A stretch of 64,000 bases of DNA, from NCBI GenBank assembly GCA_021199855.1, contig JAJQHD010000009.1, positions 4,287 to 68,286 on the forward strand. The letters run 5' to 3'. A model generated the notes under the pieces. The model was not told where the DNA came from and did not search any database. It saw only the letters and a list, made by a program, of their open reading frames with translations. Made by a program: the position numbers and the translations under genes. This DNA comes from Oscillospiraceae bacterium (lineage in GTDB: Bacteria > Bacillota > Clostridia > Oscillospirales > Ruminococcaceae). Shown one piece after another: positions 35,177-45,081 of this stretch (position 1 is its first letter; the number at the start of each line of letters is the position of its first letter).

Positions 35177-35938
35177 TTATTCATTCCAGTACCCATCCCT
35201 GATGAGTTTATCCCACACCGGCACGACAATCTTAACATTTCTCATGCCTTGCTTCGATTTCATCGGCTGGACAATCTGGCAGACGTAGCCGTCTTCCATG
35301 AGCTTCTGCAAAGCGTCTCTGATGTTTTCTTCGGGGACGCCGTTTTTTTGTGAAACTGCCGAAATGACGGTTCTGAATGTGGGGACGACATTCGGCTTGT
35401 TTGCAATGCGGGCAAAGTTCGAAATAATCATCATGCTGTAGCTCTTCTGGAGGACGTCCTCTGCGGGGAGAGTGACGACCTTTGTTGCCGCAAGCTGAAG
35501 CTGACGGGAGAATGAACCCTTGATACCGTATACGACCGCCGTCTTTTTAAGAGTCTGATTTATGTACTTCACAACCGACTGGAAATGTCCGTCACCGGTG
35601 AAAATAATGATTGCATCGACGTTTTTGCGGTGGTTTACCGTCTGGTAAATATAGTCGAGCATGATAAAATCGGTCATGTCCTTTTTGCGGTGGGAATCGG
35701 TGTTGCCGGTTTCAACTATTGTGTTGGTGACTGTGCGAAGCTTCGGAAGCTCTGCTCCGATTTTCGGCTCCGAAAAGTCTCCGAATATTATGACATCTTT
35801 AACATCATAGTCCTTTTCAAGCTCTTTCCGCCAGGCGAGCGGGTCTGTGTCAATACTGTAAAAATTCTGATAGGTGTAGTACCAGTATTCATAATCTACG
35901 AATGCTATTGCCGCTTTTCTTTTCTTAAAGATACTCAA
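35177..35938 (-). CDS. NYN/LabA-like (PIN-related) domain protein with a C-terminal helical, possibly winged-helix/OST-HTH-like, domain
   Basis: AIAFVDYEYW ... DAIIIFTGDGHFQSVV resembles the NYN acidic motifs. 253 aa. Confidence 0.65.
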   Translation of the reverse strand: MSIFKKRKAAIAFVDYEYWYYTYQNFYSIDTDPLAWRKELEKDYDVKDVIIFGDFSEPKIGAELPKLRTVTNTIVETGNTDSHRKKDMTDFIMLDYIYQTVNHRKNVDAIIIFTGDGHFQSVVKYINQTLKKTAVVYGIKGSFSRQLQLAATKVVTLPAEDVLQKSYSMMIISNFARIANKPNVVPTFRTVISAVSQKNGVPEENIRDALQKLMEDGYVCQIVQPMKSKQGMRNVKIVVPVWDKLIRDGYWNE

Positions 35939-35975
35939 AGTTTACCTCCTTTCAAATGAATTTTTTGCGGAGATT

Positions 35976-37379
35976 TTATTCTCCGCAAACGCGAAGTATT
36001 GCCAGAGCAAACATCTTTGCGTTGAGGACGAGCTGACTTAGCTTTATAGACTCGTTCGCCGAGTGCATGTGGTTGTCCTCACCCATAAATTCTGCTCCGA
36101 AGGCAACTCCGCCTTCTATATCATGGACATAGGTTCCGCCGCCGATTGCAATGCACTCGCCCTTTTCGCCGGTGACCTCCTCGTAAATGCCGAGAAGCGT
36201 CTTGACGAACGGACTGTCCGACGGGACATAGTGCGGCTCCATACCCATGCTATTGTGGGTCGAGAAGCCTTTGCTTTCGAGTGCGGGCTTATATACATCC
36301 AGAATATCTTTGACAGTGAAGCTTACGGGAAGTCTTATATCGTTGCATCCCTTCAGCTTGCCGTTTTCGTAATCGAGAACGCTCAAGAGGCAGGTGAGCT
36401 CGCCCGATTGCTCGTCGCTAAAGTCGATTCCGACGCTTGCGCCGTTGGTCTTGCCATAGGGGAAGAGTTCGCAGAGAGCTGAAATCTTCTCACCGATTTC
36501 GCCGCCTAAATTAAGCTTATTCAGAAGTTCAAGCAATGCAGTGACCGAGTTCTTGCCCATAGAGGGCATTGAAGCGTGAGCACTCACGCCGTGGGCTTCG
36601 ATAGTGATGCTGTCGCCGTTTTCGGAAAGTGCGAACCAGACCTCCGAGTGGAGCTCCTTGGCTGCCTTCGAGATTTCGTCAGCACTGACGCCCTTTACAA
36701 CCGCCGAAGCCAACTCCGGAACGGCGTTGATAATCTTTCCGCCGTGAAATTCCAGAAGAGTTCTGCCGTCTCCCACGGGAATCTCGCACTCAAAAGTGCC
36801 ACGAATCATGCCTTTTTCGATGTTGATGACGGGGTAGTTGCCGTCTGGCGTGAAGGAATACTTCGTCGGCTTCTCTTTGGAGAAATAATATCTCATGCAA
36901 CCGGAGCCGTTCTCCTCGTTGGTGCCTAAAATCAGGCGAACGCCCTTTCTTAGAGGAATATTCAGGTCTTTCAGCGCCTTCATCGCATAGATAACCGAAA
37001 CCGCCGGACCCTTGTCGTCAATAGCGCCTCTGCCATAGAGCTTGCCGTCCTTGATTCTCGCAGTATACGGGTCGGAAGTCCAGCCGGTTCCTTCGGGAAC
37101 GACGTCGAGATGTGCCAATATTCCGAGCTCGGGCTCGCCTTCAGTGAAAGTAATCGTCCCGGCATAGCCGTCAAAATTTTTGGTCTTCATCCCGAAGCTC
37201 TCGCATACGGCCAGAGCATGGTCGAGGCACTCCCTAACCGGTCTCCCGAACGGCGCACCCTCCTCAGCCTCCTGCTGATAACTCGGGAACGAAATCAGCT
37301 CCGACAAAGTCTCAATCATCTCGCCTTCAAGGGTGTCGATGTAGGCAAAAAGTTTTTCTTTAGTGTCAGTAATATCCAT
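35976..37379 (-). CDS. pepV: M20-family dipeptidase (PepV/Sapep-like)
   Basis: GILAHLDVVPEG, GRGAIDDKGP, GTNEE and a C-terminal GGGTY. 467 aa. Confidence 0.9.
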   Translation of the reverse strand: MDITDTKEKLFAYIDTLEGEMIETLSELISFPSYQQEAEEGAPFGRPVRECLDHALAVCESFGMKTKNFDGYAGTITFTEGEPELGILAHLDVVPEGTGWTSDPYTARIKDGKLYGRGAIDDKGPAVSVIYAMKALKDLNIPLRKGVRLILGTNEENGSGCMRYYFSKEKPTKYSFTPDGNYPVINIEKGMIRGTFECEIPVGDGRTLLEFHGGKIINAVPELASAVVKGVSADEISKAAKELHSEVWFALSENGDSITIEAHGVSAHASMPSMGKNSVTALLELLNKLNLGGEIGEKISALCELFPYGKTNGASVGIDFSDEQSGELTCLLSVLDYENGKLKGCNDIRLPVSFTVKDILDVYKPALESKGFSTHNSMGMEPHYVPSDSPFVKTLLGIYEEVTGEKGECIAIGGGTYVHDIEGGVAFGAEFMGEDNHMHSANESIKLSQLVLNAKMFALAILRVCGE

Positions 37380-37403
37380 TATAACCTATCCTTTCTTAAT
37401 TTT

Positions 37404-37474
37404 GGCTCCCCTTGATAAGGGGAGCTGTCAGCCGCAGGCTGACTGAGAGGTTCGCGAGCCCGAAGGGCGAGCGC
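37404..37474 (+). repeat. hairpin repeat unit (family A, single unit plus accessory hairpin)
   Basis: GGCTCCCCTTGATAAGGGGAGC TGTCAGCCGCAGGCTGAC TGAGAGGT, then GCGAGCCCGAAGGGCGAGC. Confidence 0.85.
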
Positions 37475-37476
37475 CT

Positions 37477-39360
37477 TTACTTCAGTTTCTTCAACACCAT
37501 CGCCGAAATCGGGGGCACGAAAACGCCTTCGCAATAGGTCGCCAGTGGCGTCAGTGACGCTTTTATATCCGTGATGTGCAGTTGCCACTCGCCTTCAGGC
37601 AAGCCTATCATCTTGGCTCTCGGAATTGGGTTCACGAGAATAAGCAGTTCTTCGTTTTCATCGAAGAGATGAACCATTATGGTGCCGTCGGGGGAGGGAA
37701 GAGTCTTACTGTGCGAGAGAACCTCTGTCCGAAGACTCAGTCTCAGAAGATGGTGAGCCTTTCTGAATGCTATGAGACCCTTGTAGTAGTCGACCGTCAG
37801 CTTGTTTTCGGCGATAGACCACCATTTGAGAGAGTTTACGCTGTCCGGCGAACGGTAGCTGTTTCTGTCATAGTTGCCGTTTCCAAGCGGCTTTGAACGA
37901 AGAAACTCCTGCCCAGCCTGAATAAACGGAATTCCCTGTGCCAGGAAGACAAGAGCCGCCGCAAGTCTTGCCATCTTTCTGCGATCTCTCTCGTGGGCAC
38001 TGCTCGACAGGGTGAGCTTGTCCCAGAGGGTGAGGTTGTCGTGCGCTTCGACATAGTTCACAATCTGGCAGGGATTGCAGTTCCAGTCCTGCTTGCCGAG
38101 GATACCGTCCGCAACCGACTGTTTTAAGTGGAAGTTGCCGCTTATGTAGCCGGTCGCCTTGTCGACGAAGGTTCCGCCCTTGATAGCATCGCGGTAGTTG
38201 TCGTTGAAGTATGCGGCGTAGGGAGTCATATAGGAATTATATTTGTTTGCCGACTTCTCGCCCGGGAGTGCCGAATCTCCGCCTGTCCAGCCTTCGCCGT
38301 AGAGAATCACGTTCGGATTAATTTCGGTCAGACGCTTTGAAATCTCGTTTACCGTGTCGATGTCGAGGCAAGCCATCAGGTCGAACCGGAAACCGTCGAC
38401 CTTATATTCCGTCGCCCAGTATATAACTGAATCGACGATGTATTTTCTGACCATCGCACGCTCTGACGCAATCTCGTTTCCGCATCCGGAACCGTTCGAG
38501 AGCTTTGAGTCACGGTATCTGTAGTAATATCCGGGATAGGAGTTGCTGAGATACGACCCAATCGACTTGAATGTGTGGTTATAGACGACGTCCATTACAA
38601 CGCCGATTCCGTTTTTGTGAAGAGCCATCACGAGCTCTTTGTATTCCTTGATTCTCACCGACGGGTCGAACGGGTTTGACGAATAAGAGCCCTCCGGAAT
38701 GTTGTAGTTTTCCGGGTCATAGCCCCAGTTGTAGGAGCTTTCAGGATGGGCTTCGTCGAGACGGTCGAAGTCGAACACCGGCATGAGCTGAACGTGGGTG
38801 ACGCCCAAATCCTTTATGTGGCTTAAACATGTGGGCTCGCCATCATGAGTCTTGCTGTCTTCAATCGTGAATGCCGGGAACTTGCCTCTTAGCTCCGGCT
38901 CAATTCCGCTTGATTCGTCGACCGAAAAGTCTCTCACGCTGACTTCATAGATGATGGCGTCGGTGTCCGCTTTGAGAGTGACGTAGCCATAGTCGTCCCA
39001 GCCATCCGGATTCAGGGCTGACGGGTCGATGATACAGCCTCTGTCGCCGTTGACGCCTGCGGCTCTTGCATAAGGGTCGACGCCCTCGGTGATTTTGCCA
39101 TCATAGGTGTATTTATATGTGTAGAAAATGCCGTATAGCGATTCCGGATGAGTGTATCTCCAGACGCCCAGGTCTGATTTTGTCATTGCAACGGTGAGAT
39201 AAGGATGCTCATCTTCGCTGTGTTTGTAAAGACAGACTGCAACCGCTTCAGCTTCAGGAGCCCAGACCGAAAACTCAGTTTCCAGCTCCATAACATTAGC
39301 GCCCAGCACCCCGTCGTATCTGTAGTTTGAATCAATATATTCTGCCTTTTTGGAATCCAT
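37477..39360 (-). CDS. pulA: type I pullulanase (GH13)
   Basis: YNWGYDPENYNIPEGSYSS signature, GFRFDLM, YGEGW and YVEAHDN. Start moved to the ATG at 39360 (GGAGGAAAGT RBS). The ORF-track extension covers a repeat. Confidence 0.9.
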   Translation of the reverse strand: MDSKKAEYIDSNYRYDGVLGANVMELETEFSVWAPEAEAVAVCLYKHSEDEHPYLTVAMTKSDLGVWRYTHPESLYGIFYTYKYTYDGKITEGVDPYARAAGVNGDRGCIIDPSALNPDGWDDYGYVTLKADTDAIIYEVSVRDFSVDESSGIEPELRGKFPAFTIEDSKTHDGEPTCLSHIKDLGVTHVQLMPVFDFDRLDEAHPESSYNWGYDPENYNIPEGSYSSNPFDPSVRIKEYKELVMALHKNGIGVVMDVVYNHTFKSIGSYLSNSYPGYYYRYRDSKLSNGSGCGNEIASERAMVRKYIVDSVIYWATEYKVDGFRFDLMACLDIDTVNEISKRLTEINPNVILYGEGWTGGDSALPGEKSANKYNSYMTPYAAYFNDNYRDAIKGGTFVDKATGYISGNFHLKQSVADGILGKQDWNCNPCQIVNYVEAHDNLTLWDKLTLSSSAHERDRRKMARLAAALVFLAQGIPFIQAGQEFLRSKPLGNGNYDRNSYRSPDSVNSLKWWSIAENKLTVDYYKGLIAFRKAHHLLRLSLRTEVLSHSKTLPSPDGTIMVHLFDENEELLILVNPIPRAKMIGLPEGEWQLHITDIKASLTPLATYCEGVFVPPISAMVLKKLK

Positions 39361-39384
39361 ACTTTCCTCCGAGTCATCGTGATT

Positions 39385-39429
39385 GAAGTTCGGCGAAGCC
39401 GAACTTGCTGACTTGGCGCTAGCCAAGTC
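39385..39429. repeat. accessory hairpins of repeat family A
   Basis: GAAGTTCGGC-GAA-GCCGAACTT and GACTTGGCGCTAGCCAAGTC. The latter is identical to 25377-25396. Confidence 0.7.
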
Positions 39430-39538
39430 ATGTTTACAGTCACTATGTATTATAACTCATTCCGCAACATTTTTCAAGCCCATTGTGACAGTAAGCTGAA
39501 AAACATGCCGGGATAAATGAAAAATATTGTAAATGGGG

Positions 39539-39567
39539 TTGACTTTTCGACACTAACATTGTAAAAT
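39539..39567 (+). promoter_or_regulatory. rnpB promoter
   Basis: TTGACT (39539-39544), a 17-nt spacer, then TAAAAT (39562-39567). Confidence 0.65.
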
Positions 39568-39575
39568 ATATCCGT

Positions 39576-39940
39576 CTGCGAGTAAGCTATACGGCAGCGG
39601 ACACGTTCGTTTGCTATCGCAAGCGAGGTGGATGAGGAAAGTCCGAGCATCACAGAGCAAAACAGCTGATAACGTCAGCCGAGGGCGACCTTAGGGAAAG
39701 TGCAACAGAAATAAACCGCCGATTTTATATCGGTAAGGATGGAAAGGCGAGGCAAGAGCTCACCGGAACGTGGGAGACCACGTTGCCATGTAAACCCTGT
39801 TTGATGCAACACCGTTTGGAACGGAATACCAACGTCTGCTCGGCGGGTATTCTGTAATAGGTGGCTTGAACTCTTCGGCGACGAAGAGTCTAGATAGATT
39901 GCCGTACACGACAGAACTCGGCTTACAGGCTTAGTCGCAG
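39576..39940 (+). ncRNA. rnpB: RNase P RNA
   Basis: Conserved P4 strands GAGGAAAGTCCG (about 39634) and ACAGAACTCGGCTTACAG (about 39911). P1 pairing is CTGCGAGTAAGC / GCTTAGTCGCAG. ORF 39675..39992 is spurious. Confidence 0.85.
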
Positions 39941-40015
39941 AGATTGAATAATAACCCTTGGAAAAAGGAAAAATAAAAATATTATCCTGCATTCCTGCAG
40001 GAAACGGAGGCTTTT

Positions 40016-40699
40016 ATGCGGAAAAACAAGATTTTGAGAATTTTTCTCTGTCTGTTGACAGCTATTATGGTTCTCTTCGCATTTTCGGGTTGCGGAGATA
40101 CCACTGCTGATGAGGAAGAAGAGGAAACATCGGTGGTTGCCGGAACAAAATCCGGTTCGAGCGAGATGTCTTTGGGTCTGGGAGACGGCGACACCTATGT
40201 CTCAAGGGAGGATTACACTCTTCTCGGCGACTACTACTACCTTGAATCCTACAGAGTTGAGACCGAGGACGGCGTTATGACTGAACTCGGACTCGACATG
40301 TATCTCACATATGATGAAGAGAACGGCTACTCGGATGGCGACGGAGTTCTGGCTATATACTATGACGAGGACGGGAACATCACCAGCTATGAAGCCTATG
40401 TCGGCACCAATCCCATCCGCGCAACGGTAACCTACAGAACGGGAGCCGATTCCTCCTACTACACCTGCACCTGCTGGAGTGAGGACAGCATAAGAACCGA
40501 ACTCATCTGGGAGAACTATGTAACAGATTCCGAAACCGGCACCGTCACCTACTACACCGGCTCCCAGACCTACTATTCAACTGGTGCTACAGAGAGCGTT
40601 CACGAGGAGCAGTACACAGTTTCCAGCGACGGAACTCTGACTCTTACTCAGACAATTGATGAAGAGTATGACGAGGAAGGAAACGCAATCACCGATTAG
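40016..40699 (+). CDS. lipoprotein of unknown function
   Basis: MRKNKILRIFLCLLTAIMVLFAFSGCGD lipobox, with GGAGG upstream. Confidence 0.7.
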   Translation: MRKNKILRIFLCLLTAIMVLFAFSGCGDTTADEEEEETSVVAGTKSGSSEMSLGLGDGDTYVSREDYTLLGDYYYLESYRVETEDGVMTELGLDMYLTYDEENGYSDGDGVLAIYYDEDGNITSYEAYVGTNPIRATVTYRTGADSSYYTCTCWSEDSIRTELIWENYVTDSETGTVTYYTGSQTYYSTGATESVHEEQYTVSSDGTLTLTQTIDEEYDEEGNAITD

Positions 40700-40766
40700 G
40701 CGGTTGAGAACTGATTACGGCAAATTCAGGACTTATTAAGTTCGATTTTCTTGGGCAAAATGCCTC

Positions 40767-40850
40767 TTGACAGTTTACGTGGAAAATGTTAAAATAAAAT
40801 CACAGTGAGTTGCAAACGGCGTAAATCCGGCTGTTTGCAGCTCTTTTTTG
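40767..40850 (+). promoter_or_regulatory. promoter plus short leader with a terminator-like hairpin upstream of the MATE gene
   Basis: TTGACA (40767-40772), a 17-nt spacer, then TAAAAT (40790-40795). After that, TGCAAAC..GTTTGCA hairpin followed by CTCTTTTTT (40811-40850). Confidence 0.45.
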
Positions 40851-40883
40851 TTTGTAAAGATTTATTTTTATATGGAGGATTCT

Positions 40884-42299
40884 ATGGAACAAAAGTCAAA
40901 TTCGTTTCTGGAAACGGAAAAGATCGGCACGCTTATGCGGAAATACAGCGTTCCCTGTATAATTTCGCTTCTTGTAGCCGCTCTTTACAACATCGTCGAC
41001 CAGATATTCATCGCAAACAGCTACCTTGGTTCAAACGGCAACTCGGCAAATACGGTTGTATATCCGCTTACAATAGTAGCTCTCGCACTTGCTGTCCTCA
41101 TCGGTGACGGCTGCTGTGCGTTCATTTCAATCAGCCTGGGAGCGGGCAAGGATGAAGATGCCCACAAGAGTGTCGGAAACGCAGTCGTTCTCTGCGTTAT
41201 AGTCAGCCTTGTTCTCATGGCTTGCTATCTCATCTTCGCCGACCCGATTCTTACAGCTTTCGGCGGAAGAGTAAACGACGAGACATTTGCCAATGCAAAG
41301 GAATACTTCTTCTATATCTCTCTTGGCGTTCCGTTCTACATGTTCGGTCAGGCGATGAACCCGATTATCCGTTCGGATGGAAGCCCGAAATTTGCAATGG
41401 CTTCGACCGTTTCGGGAGCAGTCGTCAACATCATCTTAGACCCGATTTTCATCTATGTATGCAAGTGGGGAATGATGGGTGCGGCAATCGCAACAGTTGC
41501 CGGTCAGATTCTGACAGCCGGACTTTCAATCTGGTACCTCTGCCACATGAAGGCTCTGAAGCTTCACAAAGAGAGCTTTGGTCTCTTCCCAAGACTTATG
41601 AAGAAGTTTTTGCCGCTCGGAATCACCAGTCTTCTTTCGCAGATTTCCATCGTCGTGACAATGCTTGTCTATAATAACGTCTGCATAAAGTACGGCGCAA
41701 TGGATGAGATTTTTGGATTAGCGGAATACTCTCAGATTCCTATGGCAGTACTCGGAATAGTCATGAAGTTCTATCAGATTGTAATTTCAATCGCAATCGG
41801 GCTCGCCGCCGGCATTATTCCTGTTGTCGGTTACAATGTCGGAGCAGGCAGGGGAGACAGAGCGAAGAAGCTTCTTACCTATCTCATAGCCGCAGAGGCT
41901 ATTGTCGGAGCCGTCGGACTCTTTATCGTAGAGGTCTTCCCGAAACAACTCATCGGAATTTTCGGTGCGGCAAACGAGAGTGTCTACTACACCGAATTTG
42001 CAGTCAAGAGCTTCAGAACTTATCTCTGTATGCTGATTCCTTCGCTCATCAACAAGGGCACGTTTATCTATCTGCAGGCACTCGGCAAGGCGGGAATATC
42101 CTCGGCAATCTCTCTTATTCGTGAGATAGTTCTGGGTGCAGGACTTGCACTTCTGCTCCCCGTATTCTTCGGGCTCGACGGGCTTCTCTGGTCCTTCCCG
42201 ATTGCTGACCTCGTGACGCTCATCGTTGCGGTGGTTGTTCTTGTAAGAGTTTATAAACAGCTCAGTCAACCGGACTTCAACAAGGCGCATATAAGCTGA
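40884..42299 (+). CDS. MATE-family efflux transporter
   Basis: LMRKYSVPCIISLLVAALYNIVDQIFI is the typical MATE N-terminus. 12 predicted TM helices. GGAGGA RBS before the ATG at 40884. Confidence 0.9.
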   Translation: MEQKSNSFLETEKIGTLMRKYSVPCIISLLVAALYNIVDQIFIANSYLGSNGNSANTVVYPLTIVALALAVLIGDGCCAFISISLGAGKDEDAHKSVGNAVVLCVIVSLVLMACYLIFADPILTAFGGRVNDETFANAKEYFFYISLGVPFYMFGQAMNPIIRSDGSPKFAMASTVSGAVVNIILDPIFIYVCKWGMMGAAIATVAGQILTAGLSIWYLCHMKALKLHKESFGLFPRLMKKFLPLGITSLLSQISIVVTMLVYNNVCIKYGAMDEIFGLAEYSQIPMAVLGIVMKFYQIVISIAIGLAAGIIPVVGYNVGAGRGDRAKKLLTYLIAAEAIVGAVGLFIVEVFPKQLIGIFGAANESVYYTEFAVKSFRTYLCMLIPSLINKGTFIYLQALGKAGISSAISLIREIVLGAGLALLLPVFFGLDGLLWSFPIADLVTLIVAVVVLVRVYKQLSQPDFNKAHIS

Positions 42300-42461
42300 T
42301 TCAATCGCTTCCCGATAAATTATTTTGTCCGAATCCCGTGTGAGTTTAATCGCACGGGATTTCACTTTATTGTCGCTTAACATAAAATAAATCGGGAATT
42401 TATAAAAAATTACTTGCAACATGTGAAGATTTCTGGTATGCTATAAAGTGGTGATATAAAA

Positions 42462-43312
42462 ATGCCTTCTACTTATGCGCACTATGTACTCGGCAGAGAT
42501 TTGCTCCGCCGGTATTCTCCTGAGGTAAAAGATGTCCTCAGGAATAATCTTAAAATCTATCAGATAGGGCTTCACGGTCCGGATATCCTGTTTTACTATA
42601 AGCCTCTTGCAAAGAACCCGATAAGGCAACTAGGGTCGGATGTTCACGAAAGACCGGCAACCGAATTCTTTACAAATGCTAAAGAAATTGCAAATTCGGC
42701 TGAGTCCGAGGATGAAAGAAACCGAAGACTCTCGTATGCACTCGGGTTTGTCGGGCACTTTGCTTTAGATAGCATGTGCCACGGCTATGAGAGGTAAGCG
42801 GTGTTTCACATTTGGAAATCGAAGTGGAGTTTGACAGGTGCTTAATGATTAAAGACGGTCTGAATCCCGTCACGCATCATCTCACGGGGCACATCCATCC
42901 GACGGATGAGAACGCCCGGATAATGTCTTTGTTCTATGACACTGTTTCCGAGAAGGAAGCAAAAACAGCGATTCGTTCGTTTGTTACGTACAATGGTTTA
43001 CTGGTCGCGCCGAATGACATGAAGCGACTTCTGATATATTCCGTTCTTGCGGCGTCCGGTAATTATAAGGGTATGCACGGAATGGTTGTCAACAAAAAGC
43101 CCAATCCAAAGTGTGAGGACAGTAATATGCGGCTTGAAAAGCTTATGGCAAAAGCCGAAGAGCTGTGCCTTAAACTCAGCAACAACTTCCTGAACTATGC
43201 CGACGGCAGGGAAGACCTGCTCCCGTGGTTTGGGAAGACCTTTGAAAAGGGCGATGACTGGCAATCAATTCCGATACTGACCGCTATGGAGGAAAGACAT
43301 TATGAAATTTAA
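42462..43312 (+). pseudogene. zinc-dependent phospholipase C-like (PF00882-like) gene with a frameshift near 42790
   Basis: ORF 42462..42797 (...HFALDSMCHGYER-stop) and ORF 42812..43312 are in different frames. The second frame is already open from 42791 (EVSGVSHLEIEVEFDR), so a 1-nt indel joins them. Confidence 0.65.
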
Positions 43313-44558
43313 AATGACACTGCAGGAGAAAAAGTGGGTGCTCTATGACGTCGGAAACTCGGCGTTCACGATGCTTGTGGCAACGCTATTGCCAATCTAC
43401 TTCCACGTTCTTGCGGCAAATGAAGGCATTTCGGAGACCGACTATCTCGCATACTGGGGCTACACCACGTCTATTGCCACAATCATTGTTGCAATTTTGG
43501 GACCGACCCTTGGCACTGCGTCAGACATCAAGGGCGTCAAGAAGATAATCTTCATGGCGTCGCTGTTCATCGGTGCTATCGGATGCATAGCACTCGGGTT
43601 CATCCAGTCGTGGCTCTGGTTTCTTATCTTATTCGCAATCGCGAAGATAGCCTATCAGCTCAGCCTTGTCGTCTATGATTCGATGCTGACGGATGTCACT
43701 TCAGACGAGCGTATGGACGAAATTTCCGCCCAGGGTTATGCCTGGGGCTACATAGGAAGCTGTGCGCCGTTCATCATCTGCATCGCAATCTATGCTCTTC
43801 AGACTATGGGAATCCTGCCGATAAGTCTTGGAGTTGCGATGGCAATCGACTTTGTAATCACCGCCGTCTGGTGGGTTGCAATGGCAATTCCTCTTGTCAG
43901 AAGCTACAAGCAGGTTCACTATGTCGAGAAGACCGACAAGCCGGTTGCATCGAGTTTAAAACGTCTCGGCGGCGTCTTCAAGGAGCTCGGACATAACCGC
44001 AAGGCTCTCTTCTTCCTCATCGCATTCTTCTTCTATATCGACGGCGTCTACACCATCATCGATATGGCTACAACATATGGTGAATCTCTGGGACTTGACA
44101 GTATCGGCTTGGTGCTGGCGCTTCTTGTCACTCAGTTCGTAGCGTTCCCTGCGGCGCTCTTCTTCGGCAGACTCTCAAGAAAGGTCGAAGCAGGCAAACT
44201 TCTCATGGTTTGCATAGTCGCATACTTCTTCATCGTCGTTTATGCGATATTCCTCAGACAGCTCTATCAGTTCTGGATTCTTGCCGTTGCAGTAGGACTC
44301 TTCCAGGGCGCAATCCAGTCGCTTTCACGTTCCTATTTCGCAAAGATTATCCCTCCCGAGAAGTCGGGCGAGTACTTCGGAATCTATGATATCTGCGGCA
44401 AGGGCGCTTCCTTCATCGGAACAACTCTCGTCGCCGTCATCACTCAGATCACCGACAATTCGAGTATAGGTGTCGGAGGGCTTGCCGTCATGTTCGTAAT
44501 CGGAGGAATCTTCTTCGTTATCACCGACAGGACTCCCACAACCGAGCAAAAACAGTAA
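43302..44558 (+). CDS. MFS transporter (UMF1/Atg22-like)
   Basis: KKWVLYDVGNSAFTMLVATLLPIYF is the UMF1-type N-terminus. 12 TM helices. Confidence 0.8.
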   Translation: MKFKMTLQEKKWVLYDVGNSAFTMLVATLLPIYFHVLAANEGISETDYLAYWGYTTSIATIIVAILGPTLGTASDIKGVKKIIFMASLFIGAIGCIALGFIQSWLWFLILFAIAKIAYQLSLVVYDSMLTDVTSDERMDEISAQGYAWGYIGSCAPFIICIAIYALQTMGILPISLGVAMAIDFVITAVWWVAMAIPLVRSYKQVHYVEKTDKPVASSLKRLGGVFKELGHNRKALFFLIAFFFYIDGVYTIIDMATTYGESLGLDSIGLVLALLVTQFVAFPAALFFGRLSRKVEAGKLLMVCIVAYFFIVVYAIFLRQLYQFWILAVAVGLFQGAIQSLSRSYFAKIIPPEKSGEYFGIYDICGKGASFIGTTLVAVITQITDNSSIGVGGLAVMFVIGGIFFVITDRTPTTEQKQ

Positions 44559-44564
44559 TCCGCT

Positions 44565-44918
44565 ATGGGCTTGAAAACCGATCTGCAAACCTTAAAAACC
44601 TTTTCCGACAACCCCTATGACGCAAAATACCGCCCGAAAAAGGAAATGATAAAGCTCTATATCCGGCTTCAGGTGTGGCTTGTCCTGCTCCTGGGGTTCT
44701 CCGCCCAGATTTATATAATCGTCACAGGACCGCTGTCCATCTATTGGATAGTAATGTACTGGCGTTCCCGTGAGTACTGGAAGGACCTCGGCTGGAAGAT
44801 GAGATATTACTACCTTCCCACCATCCCGGTGTTTATATTCGGAATGTTCCTCTGCATCCAGCAGTACTTCATCACAGGGATAGAGTGGTTTGTGAACAAG
44901 TTTATGTTCTATATATAG
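44565..44918 (+). CDS. hypothetical small membrane protein
   Basis: 117-aa ORF with 3 hydrophobic helices, starting 7 nt after the MFS stop. No recognisable motif. Confidence 0.45.
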   Translation: MGLKTDLQTLKTFSDNPYDAKYRPKKEMIKLYIRLQVWLVLLLGFSAQIYIIVTGPLSIYWIVMYWRSREYWKDLGWKMRYYYLPTIPVFIFGMFLCIQQYFITGIEWFVNKFMFYI

Positions 44919-44978
44919 CATATAAATATGCAAAAAATTCCTCTTGACAAAGAGGAAAAGATGGCATATAATAATGAC

Positions 44979-45081
44979 ATGAGGAGACGAAACTGTTGCA
45001 GCAGTTTGGGGTTCAACCTCTAAAATTCAAGAACTTGAAGATTGACCGCCAACCGCTAGACTATGTTGCGGTTATTTCTTT
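44979..45081 (+). ncRNA. predicted antisense sRNA (type I antitoxin candidate 1)
   Basis: TTGACA (44944-44949), a 17-nt spacer, then TATAAT (44967-44972). Terminator AACCGC-N11-GCGGTT followed by ATTTCTTT (45051-45081). Antisense to the toxin 3' UTR and its last codons. Confidence 0.55.

Noticed and set aside
39675-39992. The 105-aa minus-strand ORF between pulA and the lipoprotein gene.
   Set aside because: It lies inside the RNase P RNA gene, which is supported by conserved P4 strands, P1 pairing and its own promoter on the plus strand.
42785-42812. Programmed ribosomal frameshifting in the PLC-like gene.
   Set aside because: There is no slippery heptamer (X XXY YYZ) or downstream structure at the junction. 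A simple indel or a sequencing error explains it better.
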